Assembly: GCA_040954595.2 (NCBI GenBank) | Contig: CM082587.2 | Coordinates: forward strand, 12,116,153-12,180,152 | DNA length: 64,000 nucleotides | Source: Balanoglossus misakiensis | Lineage: Eukaryota > Animalia > Hemichordata | Direction of reading: 5' to 3' | Made by a program: the position numbers and the translations under genes | The notes under the pieces: generated by a model | The model's database searches: none | What the model saw: only the letters and a program-made list of their open reading frames with translations | What the model was told of the DNA's origin: nothing | In this document: in pieces, positions 49,232-63,842 of the stretch | How positions within the stretch are numbered: position 1 is the stretch's first letter | Layout of the letters: each line of letters opens with the position of its first letter

Positions 49232-51721
49232 TAGTCAACTCTAAATCTAATATAATAGTCGCGAAAATTGCTATGACAAACAAAAAATGAAGGGGGACAC
49301 CCTTGTCAGATCCCTTTGGATGGATAACCTTTAGAGAAGACATTGCCATTTTTCAAACATCTAGTATGTGATTATACATAGTTTTAACCCTATAACGCTG
49401 CCAAGTCAGTTTGATATCCAGGGTACCTAGAATCCTGGCTCCCAGGCCTGTTAGGCTGCCAAGGGCGTGTTACGCAGTAGGGCCTATACAAGACCCTCAA
49501 ACCAAACCAGGCAAACCAATACGATTTAGTACATTTAAGGGGGCTTAGACTGCCAAGTGTGTATATGAGAGCCATGGCAAGACAGTCAAAATACGTTTAG
49601 GAAGAAAAAATGGCAAACACATATTTTAAGGGACTTGACACTCTAAACAGGTATGACACCTAGTAGTATTAGGGTTAAAATATAGCTGCAAGCCAAAATG
49701 GTCATCTGAGGTTACCCGAAATTTGGGCAAAAATTTTTGACCCCATACTGGTCCAGGTCCATCAGAAACCAAACCTTCAGCCCTATTGGTTCGCCTGGAA
49801 TTAGGTATACACATAATTAATGAGTTAAGCAGTTGTACAGGTGACCTCAAAATTCGGCTTTTCTTTTTAGTCCCATCCCTCGAAATGCTAAGGCTGTACC
49901 TGCTCTGGAGGCTGAGATATGAGAAAGTAGATCACCTGAGGTCACCCAATATTTTATGGAAAAAATTGGACGCCACACTTGTCCATGTCCAACAGAAACA
50001 AAACCTCTAGCCTATTAGTAAGCCTAGAATTAGGTATGCACATAATTAATTAGGTCAAAGGTCAAGGGGTAACAAGTACATGTGTATGCTTCATCCCACC
50101 AAATATGAAGTCTGTCGGTCTAATAGTTACGTACTTATGAGCATTTATGTTATATATAGTTCAAAGGTCACCGAGGTCACGTGACATTGCGGCGAAATGA
50201 TTTGGTCCAATAGTTGTACCTGTCCACCAAAAATCAGCTCATTTCGGCCCCTTGGTCAGTCCCTGTTCACTCCATAAATGGAGACGTGTTCTGCGCAACT
50301 GCAGTACGTGTAACCTCGTGAACTCAGATGTGCACATGCGTACAGCAGTCCCTGTTCACACCATAAATGGAGACGTGTTCTGTGCAACCACAGCTGGACC
50401 TGTGATAGATCAAATCCGATCGACATATTTAGTTTCCGTATATTATATTGACCAATGCAGACTAAATCTAATACAATTACTACATGTAGTATATCGTGTA
50501 TAATACACACGTTTGGCAATATTGCAGTTTGAGTGTTAGATGCAGACGTGTATACCCGATCTAAATTTCCGACCTACACATGTACATGTATCACTGTTCA
50601 CATGTACATACACCATAACTGCGTTCTGAAAATGACATGGTATTTTCAAAATGTTACCCCAGATTACCCCATCATGTGAGAGCCATGAAACTCACACCCA
50701 TTGTCCAGCAGTAGTTAGTTGACTATCCTATTCACTCAAAACAAAAAGAACGGGTGTGAAAAAGTCACTAAAACAGCATTGATACAGAGGTGTATAACAC
50801 TGTCCATGATTTCAAGAGAAAAACATGAATGCAGCCCAGGCAGATCGGTCACTGCGATATCTTTCTAAGTATTTCACTCAACTTGTACAGACCATGCCAT
50901 GCTGTCTTCTGGAATGTGCTGGTAACGTCACACATCGAAACATATTGATGATGCCCTTCCCTGCGGCTCGGGCATCATCAATATTATTAAGGTCAAAGAT
51001 CACCATCCCTTATATGGTCATCAGGTCACTTGACTAATTTAACATTCACGGACGTACTGCACCAGATCTCATTGGCCTGCATTATTGTGCCAAATTTGAG
51101 AATTGTAGGTTTAGCCGTTTTCAAGATCCTAGTGTCCGATGAAAGTGCCAAAGAAGAAGAAAAATGCCAGCAATACCAATAGGGGCCCCGCCCATAGGGG
51201 CTTGGGCCCCTAAAAACCCCAGTAATAACAATAGGGGCCCTGCCCATAGGGGCTTGGGCCCCTAATAAGTTAGTTGTAAAGTTATTACTGAGCTTGAATT
51301 TCACTAGCGACTAAAAGTAAACAAAAACTGATGGTCAAAGTATCACAAGCTTTATTTTGGTTTGATGTAGGATGTAATATGCTTATAGCACACTGCCAAA
51401 TTAATGTCAACCAATAAGACCGGTAGGATATGATCGAAAACCACACGTATTAATGTGTAAAAGGCCGAACTTCCCAATAAATTTGGGTAACCGACTACAG
51501 ACAGAGTCGAACCGATGCATGATCTGAAGTATCAAGACACATGGACTATTATTTATTGTTTCAGCAATTTGACTTAAGTTTATAATTTCCTATGGCAGTT
51601 TTTGCCGACAAGAATCAATGCCCGACCAAACAGGTCACAAGTTAACCAAGCCCTCATACACGCGCTATTCGGACGTATCGGTGATCTGTTTATGTGTTTA
51701 GCTAAGGTGGTAAACTGTTCA

Positions 51722-52567
51722 TCAATCAATCAATCAATCAAAAAGACTTATAGAGCACCAAACTCCACTGTAATAGTGTTCAATAGCGCTTTACAATGTA
51801 AAGTTACTGTTAATACGCTCTGTTAAACAGATAAGTCTTGATGTGTTTCTTGAAACTGTCAAGGCTAGGTGACTGGCATACTTCTATTGGGACACTGTTC
51901 CAAATGAGTGGGGCGATATACGAAAAAGCACGATCGACGTACATTTTCTTCTTACTCCATGGTACATGAAGTAGAAATTTGTCATTTGAACGAAGAAGTC
52001 TTGTTGAAGTTTTCAGATGGATTAAGTCAGAGATGTAAGCTGGTGCTGTGTTGTTTAATGCCTTATATGTCATAAGCAAGATCTTGTATTGGATTCTATA
52101 GTGTACAGGCAACCAATGTAAATCCATGAGAACAGGAGTAATATGATCCCTTTTACGGGTACGAGAAACGATCATGGCTGCAGAATTCAGGGCATGCTGT
52201 AGCATGCATGATGATGGTAAACCACAGAGTAGTGCATTACAGTAGTGTGATTAGAGCATGAACCAGCATCTGGCAAACTTCCTTAGTGAGGTAACGGCGA
52301 ATGTGGCTGATTTGACGCAGATGGAAGAAAATTGACTTGTAAATTGCATTAATGTGCTTATTGAAAGTGTAATTGTCGTCGAATGTCACACCTATATTCC
52401 GTGCAGAATTCACTATTTGAACACAACATGATCCAATGCTCATGTGGTTTATGGGACGAGGCGAGCGGTTGAACTGAGACCTTATCAGGAGTACCTCGGT
52501 TTTGCCACCATTGAGTTGAAGTTTATTATGTGTCATCCAGGTTTTTATTTCGTGAACTGCCCTTTCC
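51722..52567 (-). mobile_element. L2-clade LINE 3' fragment at the copy 2/3 junction
   Basis: Paralog of 27020-27867, ORFs 51810-52205 and 52237-52536. Confidence 0.88.
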
Positions 52568-54474
52568 AGTTAAATATCGCAACTAGCCATAATGTTTGAC
52601 TAGGGGGAGCACCTATACTAATGCGAGAACCAGGGATTGAAAGTTGCACCTGTGTTTTGATCCCTTAGTTACCCTTATAAGTACATTTGTAGTTTAATAA
52701 CCATAGTTCTATTGCAAACCATTCTTTCCGTAGTTTCTTGTTTCAAATATTGTAATCTGAATTTATTTTGGTGTTTAACAGGTGTGATTATCTGTATTGG
52801 CGGCCATTTTGAAAAAAAATTGGTTGCCATGGAAACTCTTCAACAGATATTTAGTGACTCGCTATCTGAATTTGTTCAGTACACATTAACACGCATCTGA
52901 GCCAAGTTTGGTGCTTTTATCACAAAATACACAATCGATATGAAAATTTGGTTTTGGTGCTCCACTACATAAGTAACATTAAGGATGTACGTTCAGTAAA
53001 ATTGAAAGTATTGTCATTTTTTTTAATTGTGGATTTTTTTATTCTCCTTTGTATGTATAATGAAAGTCCGTAATAAAATTTAGGGTCACCTGGCTTGTCT
53101 TTGAAATACAGAGCCATGAATTTGGTCGATAATAGAAGAAATCTGCTGACTCAGCATTTTTCACCAATGGTTTGTCTATGGGCAAAATTCTTAACGCAAT
53201 TTATCTCAAAAAAGAGCGCGGTGACCCCTATATTTTATTTGACCAATGAATTTATATTTTCTGGACTGAGCTATGTGTAAAATTTCGTGAAAATGACAAT
53301 AGTAGAAGTTTGTTTTCTGGCGATTATCAATGTAATCCTTCGGGAAAAAGACCGGGCGCGCAGTGTTTCCAGTTTATGTTCTGCGCGTACATCCTTGATG
53401 AAGTTTGCTGGCTAGAGGGCTCCTAAACCTCCCTAATATTTGACGTCTTTACTCCTACAGGACTGCGCAGTTGGAAGTTACAGTTCAGCATGTTCTGAAG
53501 CATGCACGCTGTGTCCAAGGGTTTCATGTGTGGAACAGCCAGCCTCTCATCACCAACACAATGCGGACAGGGATATTTTGCCAACAATGGAAGTATAGAC
53601 TGTACGCCTTGTCCTGCCCTGGGTATAAGTGCCAATATGATGGTATGTCGGAGCCAGAGGTGTGTGAAGATGGATACTACACTAATATAGAGGGTGAGCC
53701 AGCACTTAAAATTTGGGCATTACTGTGTAATCTTTCACTTAAGGCGGACGATCATCTTATGTGCATGTGCGTAATTCTGTGCGTACAAACATTATGTCCA
53801 GTCCAAATATTCTGCCAATTTTACATCCAATGCATTCAAATAGTGGACTGCTTCGCTTTCATCCAGTTTTCATGTGCATCGTATAAGTAGACTTTTGTTT
53901 TGTCCCGTCTTTTCACCGAATTTGCTCTTTTCCAAATCTCCGACACAGACTATGATCGTCACATTCTTGTCTGTTGTTAGAACAGCACACTGCCATATGG
54001 CATTGACTGTATACAGTTTCTGTTACCAATATCTCTGGTTTGGCATTTTCTTGTCCTCAATCTTTTGCCAGGGATTTTTGTCTCCCCAACCCGCGTGAGA
54101 ATCCCACGTCTTTGAAGGTATGACTGTGACTATAAGATTCTATAAATCTCTGTTTATTTTCAGCACAAACATCATGTGGTGATTGCCCAGCTGGTAACCA
54201 ATGTCCAAATGGTAACACTGTGATTTTATGCTCGGCTGGTTATTACAGTTCGGCCTTGGACAAAGGATGTCTCGCTGTACCTCTTGCATAACATTAGGTC
54301 AGGTAATTTACTAACTGAAAAATAGGATGGGAACATTTTCCATTTCTGTATTTAAAATTTACTGATATAATATATGAATGAAAAAATGACAATTTTTCCA
54401 AATTTGAATAGACCTCTATTTATGAAAATAATTAAAATTTGCGCCAATTTTTTACAGTGGTATTCAAAGGTTAA

Positions 54475-55204
54475 GGTGGCATTGCATGAAAAGTTGTGAT
54501 TTTTGCCAAATTTTACTTTTTTACATAAATCGGTAGGCCTAATACTGACCCACATCCTGACTAATACGTCTTGGCGGAAATGGTGCACAATCACCCCCAA
54601 ATAGCACTTTTCTGAATGAGTTCACAGCTTAACAAATAGGTGTCAACAATGCAAATGGCCGTTTTTCTCAGTTTGCATTTTCGCTGTTCTTGACAACTTC
54701 AGACGAAAATAGCTTCGCTCTGCGGCCGAATTTGCTCAAACTTTAACTGGGGATTTTGTATGACCCAGCCAACAAAACGGTATTTTTGTTAGTTGATAAA
54801 GTGTCCCTGGCGGGAATAAACTCTGATTCAATACAACTCACCGTGAATTTGATCAAATTTTACTAAAAATCTAACTTTCAAACGCTGTTACTCCTCAATG
54901 GAAGCAGATAACGCAAAACGGAATTACCGTTTTTTGCACGTGTACTCTAGTTTTGAATGACATATTAAGATGCATGATGCATGGTCAACTTTTTTACCTA
55001 TTTTAAATTTTATGACATAATATCAAAAAATGGGTTTTTTAACCCAAAATCGCCACCATTTCCGGGGATCAATAATATTTGCAAAGCAAACAAAAGTTCA
55101 AAAACTCAGCTTCCAGAATATATATGGTTTGTGTGGGTTTTAACGTTGTCTTTCATGAGAAATAGGCCTCTGAAAAAGTCTCGACGGTTTCATGCAATGG
55201 CACC
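54475..55204. mobile_element. Kolobok-type non-autonomous DNA transposon; copy 3 only
   Basis: TTAA TSD, 17-bp TIR ggtggcattgcatgaaa/tttcatgcaatggcacc, empty site caaaggttaacttgg in copies 1 and 2. Confidence 0.9.
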
Positions 55205-56737
55205 TTAACTTGGTGTGTAAATTCTTTGTTTGATTTACAGATCAGCCGGTGCTGAACAGTGTACTATTTGTGAGCAAGGGTACGCCTGCACAGATCCCAG
55301 TGCATCGCAATTCAAGTGTACCAAGGGTTACGTGTCATTGGCTGGTGCAACAAACTGTACCAGATGTACAAATGGTAAGATCGTGGTACTTGTTCAGTTT
55401 GCTGTGTGATGAAACTGAGGGGTGTGTGTGTGTATGCATGTATGTGTTTACAACAGATTTTCAAGTCAGTGCGACTGGGGTTATGTGTGTGTGTGTGTGT
55501 ATGTATGTATGTGTTTACAACAGATTATCAACTCAGTGCGAGATCTTGCGAGACCCGGTTAGCCATGTGAGATCTCGCAGAGTCTTATGATATTCAGAAA
55601 ATGGTTGATTAGAAATGACGTTTAATGTCCTCCAAAGAATTTTCTACATGCCTGTATACTTGTCTCAGAATTATGAAGTGAATCATCTCAAGTAATTTGT
55701 TATTTTAAATGACACTGTATCACAAATACTTCACTAAAAACCTCATTTTATTTAATCAGATGAAATAAGTGAGGAGCCTGCACGCACATCCCGTCTTCTG
55801 TGCCCTGCCGGACAATCGTGTTTAGATCCAATGTAAGATCCGCTTGACTGTGGCAATGGTGAATATGCTATGGAAGGCGACGGAACATGCACGCCTTGTC
55901 CAGCAGGATCCAAGTGTCCAACCATGTCACCCGTAGTTGATTGTTCAACAGTTACTGGTAAGTTGGGCTGCAAATCACTCTTGTGACTTCCCTGTGTTAT
56001 AGCATGACATACACAGAAAATTAAACTGTTATGCTCATTGGAGTTGATATTGTGACGCACTTTGAAAAACACAAAGATTCCACTGAAGAGGTATTGTACA
56101 GTAACATCTGTGATTACGGACATCTCTCTAATAAGGGATCGTTGGACCAAACCAATCGTTCTTTGAATTTTTTCTGTGATAGGTTCATACTCGCTAGGTT
56201 CGGCCACGTCCTTCTGGTTATGAATGCACAACTACAAGTGTCACACAGTGCGCTACAGGGCAGTAAAGTGTTGAAGGAGGTAAGTCTTGAAATCTCTTTT
56301 CTTCTGGTCTCGATTTGAACATGGTTCCACAAGTTGTTTACATCACTTGTAGTTTTACATATTTTTTGAGTTCAACAGCTATGCTATACATGGTGTCCTG
56401 AGAAGTCAACCAGTATGAGAAGTCGGTATCGGCCAGTACGAGAAGTCGGCCTGTGGGAGAGAACCCTGGTACTTTGTGTTATATATAACTGTTTCACTAC
56501 GAAATGTTTCCTTGATGTACAGGAGCTGAGATATACAAATAGCCGATGAATTTTAAAACTGTCTGTTCACTTTTCATGTACGTCACCGGGGTACGTCAAC
56601 ATCAGTCACCTGCACTTCTTGCGCTACGCCAGTAGTCTGTTCCTCGTCACGTTTGTTTGTTTGGTGTTGTCTCAAAGTATGAATATACACATACATCTTC
56701 TATGTATTTTAGTAGGCTTTGAAACAACTCCCTTTAA

Positions 56738-57082
56738 AGGGACAAAGTCTCTCTCTCGCTGCCCTTTTTCCATTAATAATATTTGATACAAGACACCATT
56801 TATGTATTCTAAATGTGGATATATAGTGAATCAACGTTAACCACACACAACTTCAATCCGACTTGTAGACACGAGAGTGAAAAACTTGCCAAAATGAATA
56901 ATCGGTGTTTACCATTTATTCATTTTGGCGGGATTTTTACACTCATATCCTACAAACGGGATGGAATTTGTCTGTAGTTGAATGTGGATTCTCAATATAT
57001 CCACATGTAGAATAATGTGAACGGTGTCTTGTATCAAACATAATTAATGGAAAAAGGTTCGCGAGGGAGAGACTTTGTCCCT
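56738..57082. mobile_element. Kolobok-type palindromic MITE nested in another MITE; copy 3 only
   Basis: TTAA TSD, termini agggacaaagtctctc/gagagactttgtccct, near whole-length palindrome, empty site ccctttaatcag in copies 1 and 2. Confidence 0.9.
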
Positions 57083-58608
57083 TTAATCAGAAATGTCACA
57101 GGAATTTGGTGAACAACCTAAGCTCCTTACGCGGATACGGGGCTGGGGAACCGGTACGGATGCCAGACGCCATTATTTGAAATGACGCCATTGTGTTGTC
57201 AAGAATTTGGGAAATCCATCCAAATGAAAATATTTAGTGCAATTATATTTTATTAAGTGTTGTTATAAGTAATCTGGGTCATCACTGCACTATTCGGGTA
57301 CAAGTTCAACAACTGGCTGACTTCTCGTACAGGCCGACTTCTCATACGCACGTACTGGCCGACTTCTAATCTGGCTGACTTCTCATGTATTCCTATACAT
57401 TAGTGAAAATTGGGGAAACTGGTGTTTTCAGACAACTTATGAAGTCCCTTTCGCAATATTAATTCTAAAACAGCTGGTGATATTCCTTTTAAAATTTAAC
57501 CAAATAAGCATACTTGAACTCTGTCATATCGGCAAAACACTCACTAAACAAGCTGCTGTTATTCTACAGACATGACATGTGCTGATTGCGGTGTAGGTAA
57601 CTACTGTCCAGATGGGTCAGACAGCCCCATTCCTTGTCCATCAAGTTATTATGCTGACACAGCCACAGAAGTATCCTGTACCCCTTGCGATCCAGGCTGT
57701 CAGTGTGCAGCAACATCACCCACTTGCCTGCACATCAAGAACCTACTCTCTGGGACCATCAACAACATGTACTCCCCTTCTACCAGGTTTGTAGTCGTCT
57801 TAGTCGTAAAAACATATTTAAGGTGTTGCGCACCTCGAAATAAAGGGTCGTCTGATCATGTTAAAATTAATACTGATGATACTATGACTTCTAAACATTT
57901 AATCTATGGAATAAAAATTGGGGGTCAACCATCTAGAGTTTTGAAAAAGCACCCTTTATCTAGCACCTCTTTCAGATTTTGCCAGGCTCATAGATTTTTG
58001 TAAAATGGCCTCAAAAATAAGAATTTTGGGAGGTTTGTCATATGTTTTCACCATTGTAGAATCTAAATGTCCTGAATTATTTTATTTTTAGCAATTTTGA
58101 GATTGCTTCATGTTCAGTATGATAATCGCATGTCAATACAACTGTTACATTAAAGGAAAAGTTCAAATCCGCCTAAAACCACATTGCATTGGTACCTAGT
58201 TAAGTTGTCCTCACTTCTGACGCAAAATTTTGATGTGCAATGCATGTGTCTGTGAAATTGACGAATAAAAAAATTGTATACCAGTGCAAAAATAAAAACT
58301 CCCTGTGCAGCCTTCTTGGCAACTGCATGCTGGGAAAAGTACTCGGATGATGACGAAAAAGTTTCGGGGTTCCGTGTAGTGCTACCCCGGAATACAATGT
58401 TGGGTGCAGACTCCAAAACTATGGAAAAGAGATGCAGAATGTCATGTGATATAGTAGTGAAAACAAATACACGTTGGTTCACGTATTTCAGCTCTCAGCA
58501 ATCAGGGTGCATTGAAAGGCCTTGATTGGTGTGATATTCACAATTGATGATTATAAATCCTTACAGTTGTATACTGTTTTATTTTGTAAATATTGTGTAC
58601 ATTTGCAG

Positions 58609-61600
58609 CAATGAATCCGTGCGAACACAAACCTTAACCCATGCCGGAATGCTGGTACTTGCCAAGCAATCCAGGGATCTTATACAGGCGTCACATGTCA
58701 ATGTGCTGGCTGCTACCTGGGCTTCACATGTGAAACACGTGAGTACAGTACTTTGTCATTTATTAAAAAATCTAAGTGCTGAGGTACATTGTAGTAATAA
58801 TAGCAGGTGTAGTCATTATCATCATCATCATCATCATCATCTTTAAGTCAGTCATATGATCGGTAATAAAAACAGTAAAATCACCAGTATAAAAACATAA
58901 CAGAGAAATAATGAACGTGTACTGGTGTTACCATAGGTAAGTGTTGTATAAAATTTTGAATTCCTGTCTTCCAGTTCCTAATCCATGCTTCGCTAGTCCT
59001 TGTCTCAATGGAGGTACCTGCCAACAACAGGCAAATTCTTGTACTGCCACCATTGGCATGTGCACAGAGTGTTACTAGGAAACCAGGTGTGAGACAAGTA
59101 AGTTTGAATCTATAGCAGTTAATAATGATAATTATCATTTTTTTTTATTATGATTTAAACTTCACTGATGTTGTACAAACACAAAAATAGAAATAATAAT
59201 AATAATAATAATAATAATTTATTTGTATAGCGTCAGTATCCACAAAAAATGTGATCAATGACGCCTAAAGCAAAAGTACAATACAACAACTGGCTAAAAA
59301 ACAGATTTAAAAAGTAAAGTTTTAACATTTGATTTAAAAACAGATAAGTCTGGTGCCTGGCGAATGGTAAGTGGAAGATTATTCCAAAGAATTGGAGCAG
59401 CAACAGTAAAAGCACGATCACCATAACTCTTGGTGCGTGATCGAACAGGGCAGAGTTTGAACTGATCAGCTGACCTTAAATTGCGACACGGAACATATAG
59501 ATTAGTCATGCTAGAAAGATAGATTGGACCAAGTTTATGAATGGATTTAAAAATGAGAACTAACATCTTAAAAACAATACGCTCTGTAACAGATAGCCAG
59601 TGCAACTGATACAAAATTGGAGTGATGTGACAAGTGATTTTTGAACGAGTAACAATTAGAAAGGGACAGCAGCTTAGCTCTATTCCGTTTCCAAAGTGTT
59701 TGTTCTTTTAAACTACCTGTGCATTTTTTTATTTATTCTGATTATGCTAATATGCTAATTTGTCGGTTTGTCACATCACAATTTTTGTAGGAAACTCACC
59801 CCTGGGAATTTTTTTCAGCCACTTACATACATTCATAATCACATGACATTGATGATCATGGAAAATTTGACCCTTTTCCTTGTAGGACTCAACCAGTGTC
59901 CACCAAATCCGTGCCAGAATGGTGGCTTCTGTCAACCGGCTCGAAATTCCTGCTTTGATCTCACCTGCATATGTACTGGTTGCTACAAAGGTGATAGGTG
60001 TGAGATATGTAAATATACAGCGCAGTCTCTTTTACCTTTTGTCTCTGATGCATTCAAATACTGCATGTTTCCTGAGCATAGGTGTAGCCATCACCACAGC
60101 AGAGCTTGGAGCGTTCTTGACATCAAATGCAAGATTACACTCTTCCCAATCAAAATCACTTTCGTAGCGCATAATGTCTTGATTGTCTTAGTTCAAGAAA
60201 CATTATGCGCGACTGGCCAATTTTACAGCCTTTTGTCAACACACATCCACTATGGAAATTCTCACTCCAGCCCAGATAGTGTAAATTTGCATATGAGTCT
60301 ACAGGTATGCTTGAAGTCAAGTCAAGCATTTGCAAGGAACCCTCCTCCAGTACACAAGTCATTGATTTCATGAAGGGAAGCCCTTGCCTCACAGTCACTG
60401 CCACATGATCTATGGAGGTGTGAACAACTTGATACCAGCCTAATATAAGTTGTAGGCACAATCACTCCACACACCCTTGCCATAATTCTGCAAGGTTTTT
60501 GCCATATCTGTAGAATGAGTAGCAAGGAATAAAATGGCGTCCTTTCTCAATTTCCAGTGCAAAACCCCTGTGATCCCAACCCATGTATGAATGGTGGATT
60601 TGCCAGCAAACATCGTGCAATTTCTATTCATGCCAGTGTGTGAACTCTTACACAGGTGACATCTGTCAAGCCATAGACCCTAGAGAAAGAAGGACGAGCA
60701 ACTGCGGCAAAGATCAAAGGGTTTGGGGATTATCTGTATGATGATGTTCTTTTGCATATAATTAACACCCAGGACAGTTGGACAATGACTTCCTTACTTC
60801 GGCACGTTTTTCCCCCATCATACCAGTATATTTGTCATAGCTGGCAGCTATGAAATTACCTGTATATTTAGGATGTGACAAACCAAATAGGCACTTTCAG
60901 GAATTGAGTCTTTTTTCAATTACCAAAGTCCTAAACTCCCAAAAGTATAATAAGTAATTCTTATTGTTCAGTTATACATTTAGGAGGCTCAGTTAGGAGA
61001 ACCCGATAGAACCACAGCTGTAGGAATTAGGGAAATGGTCATACCCTAAAAACTTATGTCACTACTATTTTTTTTTCATGCCATTGAAACAGAACAAACA
61101 CCATATAGGCCAAGTCCATGCCTGAACAATGGGCGGTGTACTCAGCTGTCGTGTACAACTTATGAGTGTACTTGTCCAGGATGTTTCACCGGCACACACT
61201 GCAGCCAGTGTAAAACTCATTAAAACAAACATTTGTCATGCAGGAACTAACATTTACAATCATGTCTCAATACATTGTCTGTTGGTCATACTTTATATTT
61301 TCATCTTCAGCATCACACCTTGGGCCTTGGGAATCGTTCACCTCAAAAATGATGTACAACTGAAAGAAAACATGTTTATTTGAAGAAAAAAATGTTGATC
61401 GTTCATGAAAATTTTCCCTACACAAGATACATATACAGAGATTTTCATAGCCCCACAAGTGCGTCCCAGAATGAGCAAGTTGTTTTTGGAAGTGAAGTTC
61501 CGTTCAGTATTTACAGTAATGGTAATGATGATGTTTTTATCAAACAGATTTTGAAAGTAAATATTGCTGAGATAACATTAGGTTGCACTTTTTATTGCAG

Positions 61601-63842
61601 TCCAAGATCCATGCCAGCGAAACAGCTGTCTCAACGGGGCTGTATGTAATGCAGTGGCCAACTCCTGCACGGCATATACCTGTGCCTGTACTGGTTGCTA
61701 TGAGGGTAACTGTTGTGAAATATGTAAGTTTCTGACGTACTGTAAATGACAATCTTTTGGGCACTTTCTCTTCATGGCAATTGAATTGTGTGGTAACTTC
61801 TCATTTCTAAAATTTCCACTAGAGAAAAGAAAACAGAAATTTCATTTGTATGTCCGTGCAATTTAGGATAGGCACGAACTTGTGAGGAAGTGTACGAAGC
61901 TGGATGTTTTCATCACTCAAATATACAAGAGTTGCCTCTTGAAGACTAGTGTCTGTAGAGATAATTGTGCATGTGAGGTAATCTCTCCTAAGGTGGTGCA
62001 CACATCTGAGTATTAAGTAAAAGAGACGTCCTTAATTATCCTTACTATTTGGCTTGAAAAATCAATCTTACTAGGTGTTCTGATTAGAGAGGTGTCCATA
62101 AAGACAGGTTTTACTGTATTACCCAAAATAGAGACATTTTCCCTTCATCATATACTTAATGCGTGTTCTGGGTATGGTTCCAGTATAATGCTTGTGTCAA
62201 AGGATTTTGTTGTGGTGCAGGAATCATCTTTGGTTGAGGTGTAGCCATCTGCATTTCATGTTTTTTAAACTATTTTTTTTCTGATAGTCATTAACCCATG
62301 TGATCAGAATCCGTGTCAAAATGGAGGCTATTGTTCCCAAACACCAAATTCTTATACTGACTACACCTGTTACTGCCAGTAGTGTTGGACTGGGGCCATC
62401 TGTGCCGTAGGTGTGTCGAATTACTGTTTTATGACACAGCGTGGTATATAAACCCTCATTTTTGGTATTCTCAATGTGATAGATGGACCCATACACCAAT
62501 AAATGGGGTGGAAGCATTACTAAGTTTCATCCTTTCAAAATTTGCTGATGTAGGGTCAAAATTGAGTGTGAGGTGCACGTTAAAAAGGAAAGCCTTCTGT
62601 ATCATGTTGATGGCACATTTTTTAATTTTTCAAGATTCTTACAGAAAAATCCTAGCAATAGCATCATTATGTTATTTTAAATGTACAGGTTTGAAACAAG
62701 GAATGAAGACATTGCTCACATATTTAAACGAAATGAACATCACAAGTACATGTACAAGTTTTTGACAAGCAGGTAATTGATACTTTCATTTTTGTTTTGG
62801 CAGCCATTGATCAGTTATACTCTATGCCTTGTCAAAATGGTGGCATTTGCGTTGCGCGAGACGGCTGTTTCCTGTTTGACTGTATGTGTACCAAATGCTT
62901 CACTGGTGCCACATGTACAATGCGTAAGTACAAACCAATATTATTTTATTCAATGCAAAACACTTGTTATGTATTATATAATATAAGTACGGTACACATA
63001 TTAAAGCCCTGGTAACTCAAACTTTGGGCTAGCTTAAAGTTATCACTATTTTTGTTTTCGGTTGCAACTGTGGTTTCTTGTCACACTCTAAAGGATTTCA
63101 CAGCATTTGGTTTTTCAAAACAGCCGTTTGGTTGTTGTCATGTATACATGTACATGACTGTGGAGTGTAGTTTGTAGATTCTGTAATTTTGACAATATCT
63201 TGACTGAACATCCCACAGCTGTCAACCAGTGTCAACCCATCCAGTGTCAGAATGGTGGAAACTGTGTGCTGACGCCCAATTGGTGTACTGAATTCACATG
63301 CTCCTGTACAAGCTGTTACTCCGGCGATTTATGTCAGACATGTGAGTGATTTTAAATTTCAGATGAAGAGGAACATAATAACATAACACATAATCGGCTT
63401 GCAGTTGGTTTCTTCCAACCTGTATCAAACAGTGAATAACGACACAATTTTGGGGAAATTTATTAAGAATGTGTGTGCCATAAAAGGGGATTGTGTATTT
63501 GACCAAACAACAACCTGCACCGTATGGTACACTAAGACACTATTACACCTGTGTCAAAATTTCATTACGTTTCTTTTGTTGAACATGGAAGAAATTTGTC
63601 ACAGTGATGTTCTGTTGACCAACTGAGATTTTTACCACTCAACCCTGACTGCACAAATCTGTTTAAAGTATATGTAGTAAATATTAACTGTACACAATTT
63701 ATATCACTTTTTCTTCTGTGCACAGATTTGAATCCGTGTCAGCCCAACCCTTGTCTAAACAGTGGATTCTGCCAGCAAGTGTCCTGCACCGAGTTCAGAT
63801 GCCAGAGTTCGCGCTGTTTCATCGGAACCACGTGCGCTGAAC
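58609..63842 (+). pseudogene. 8-Cys EGF exon array, copy 3 (10 exons visible, continues past window)
   Basis: Paralogous exons with shared stops and frameshifts. Confidence 0.85.

Larger units (their letters stand above)
27868..52567 (+). repeat. Tandem segmental duplication, copy 2 (24.7 kb)
   Basis: Same start motif, same L2-fragment/unit-start junction at both ends, colinear with copy 1 apart from indels. Confidence 0.95.
53461..57786 (+). pseudogene. Cys-rich repeat exons, copy 3 (six exons)
   Basis: Paralogous to 5753-10352 with the same lesions. The donor of the second exon is removed by a small deletion at ~54293. Confidence 0.78.
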
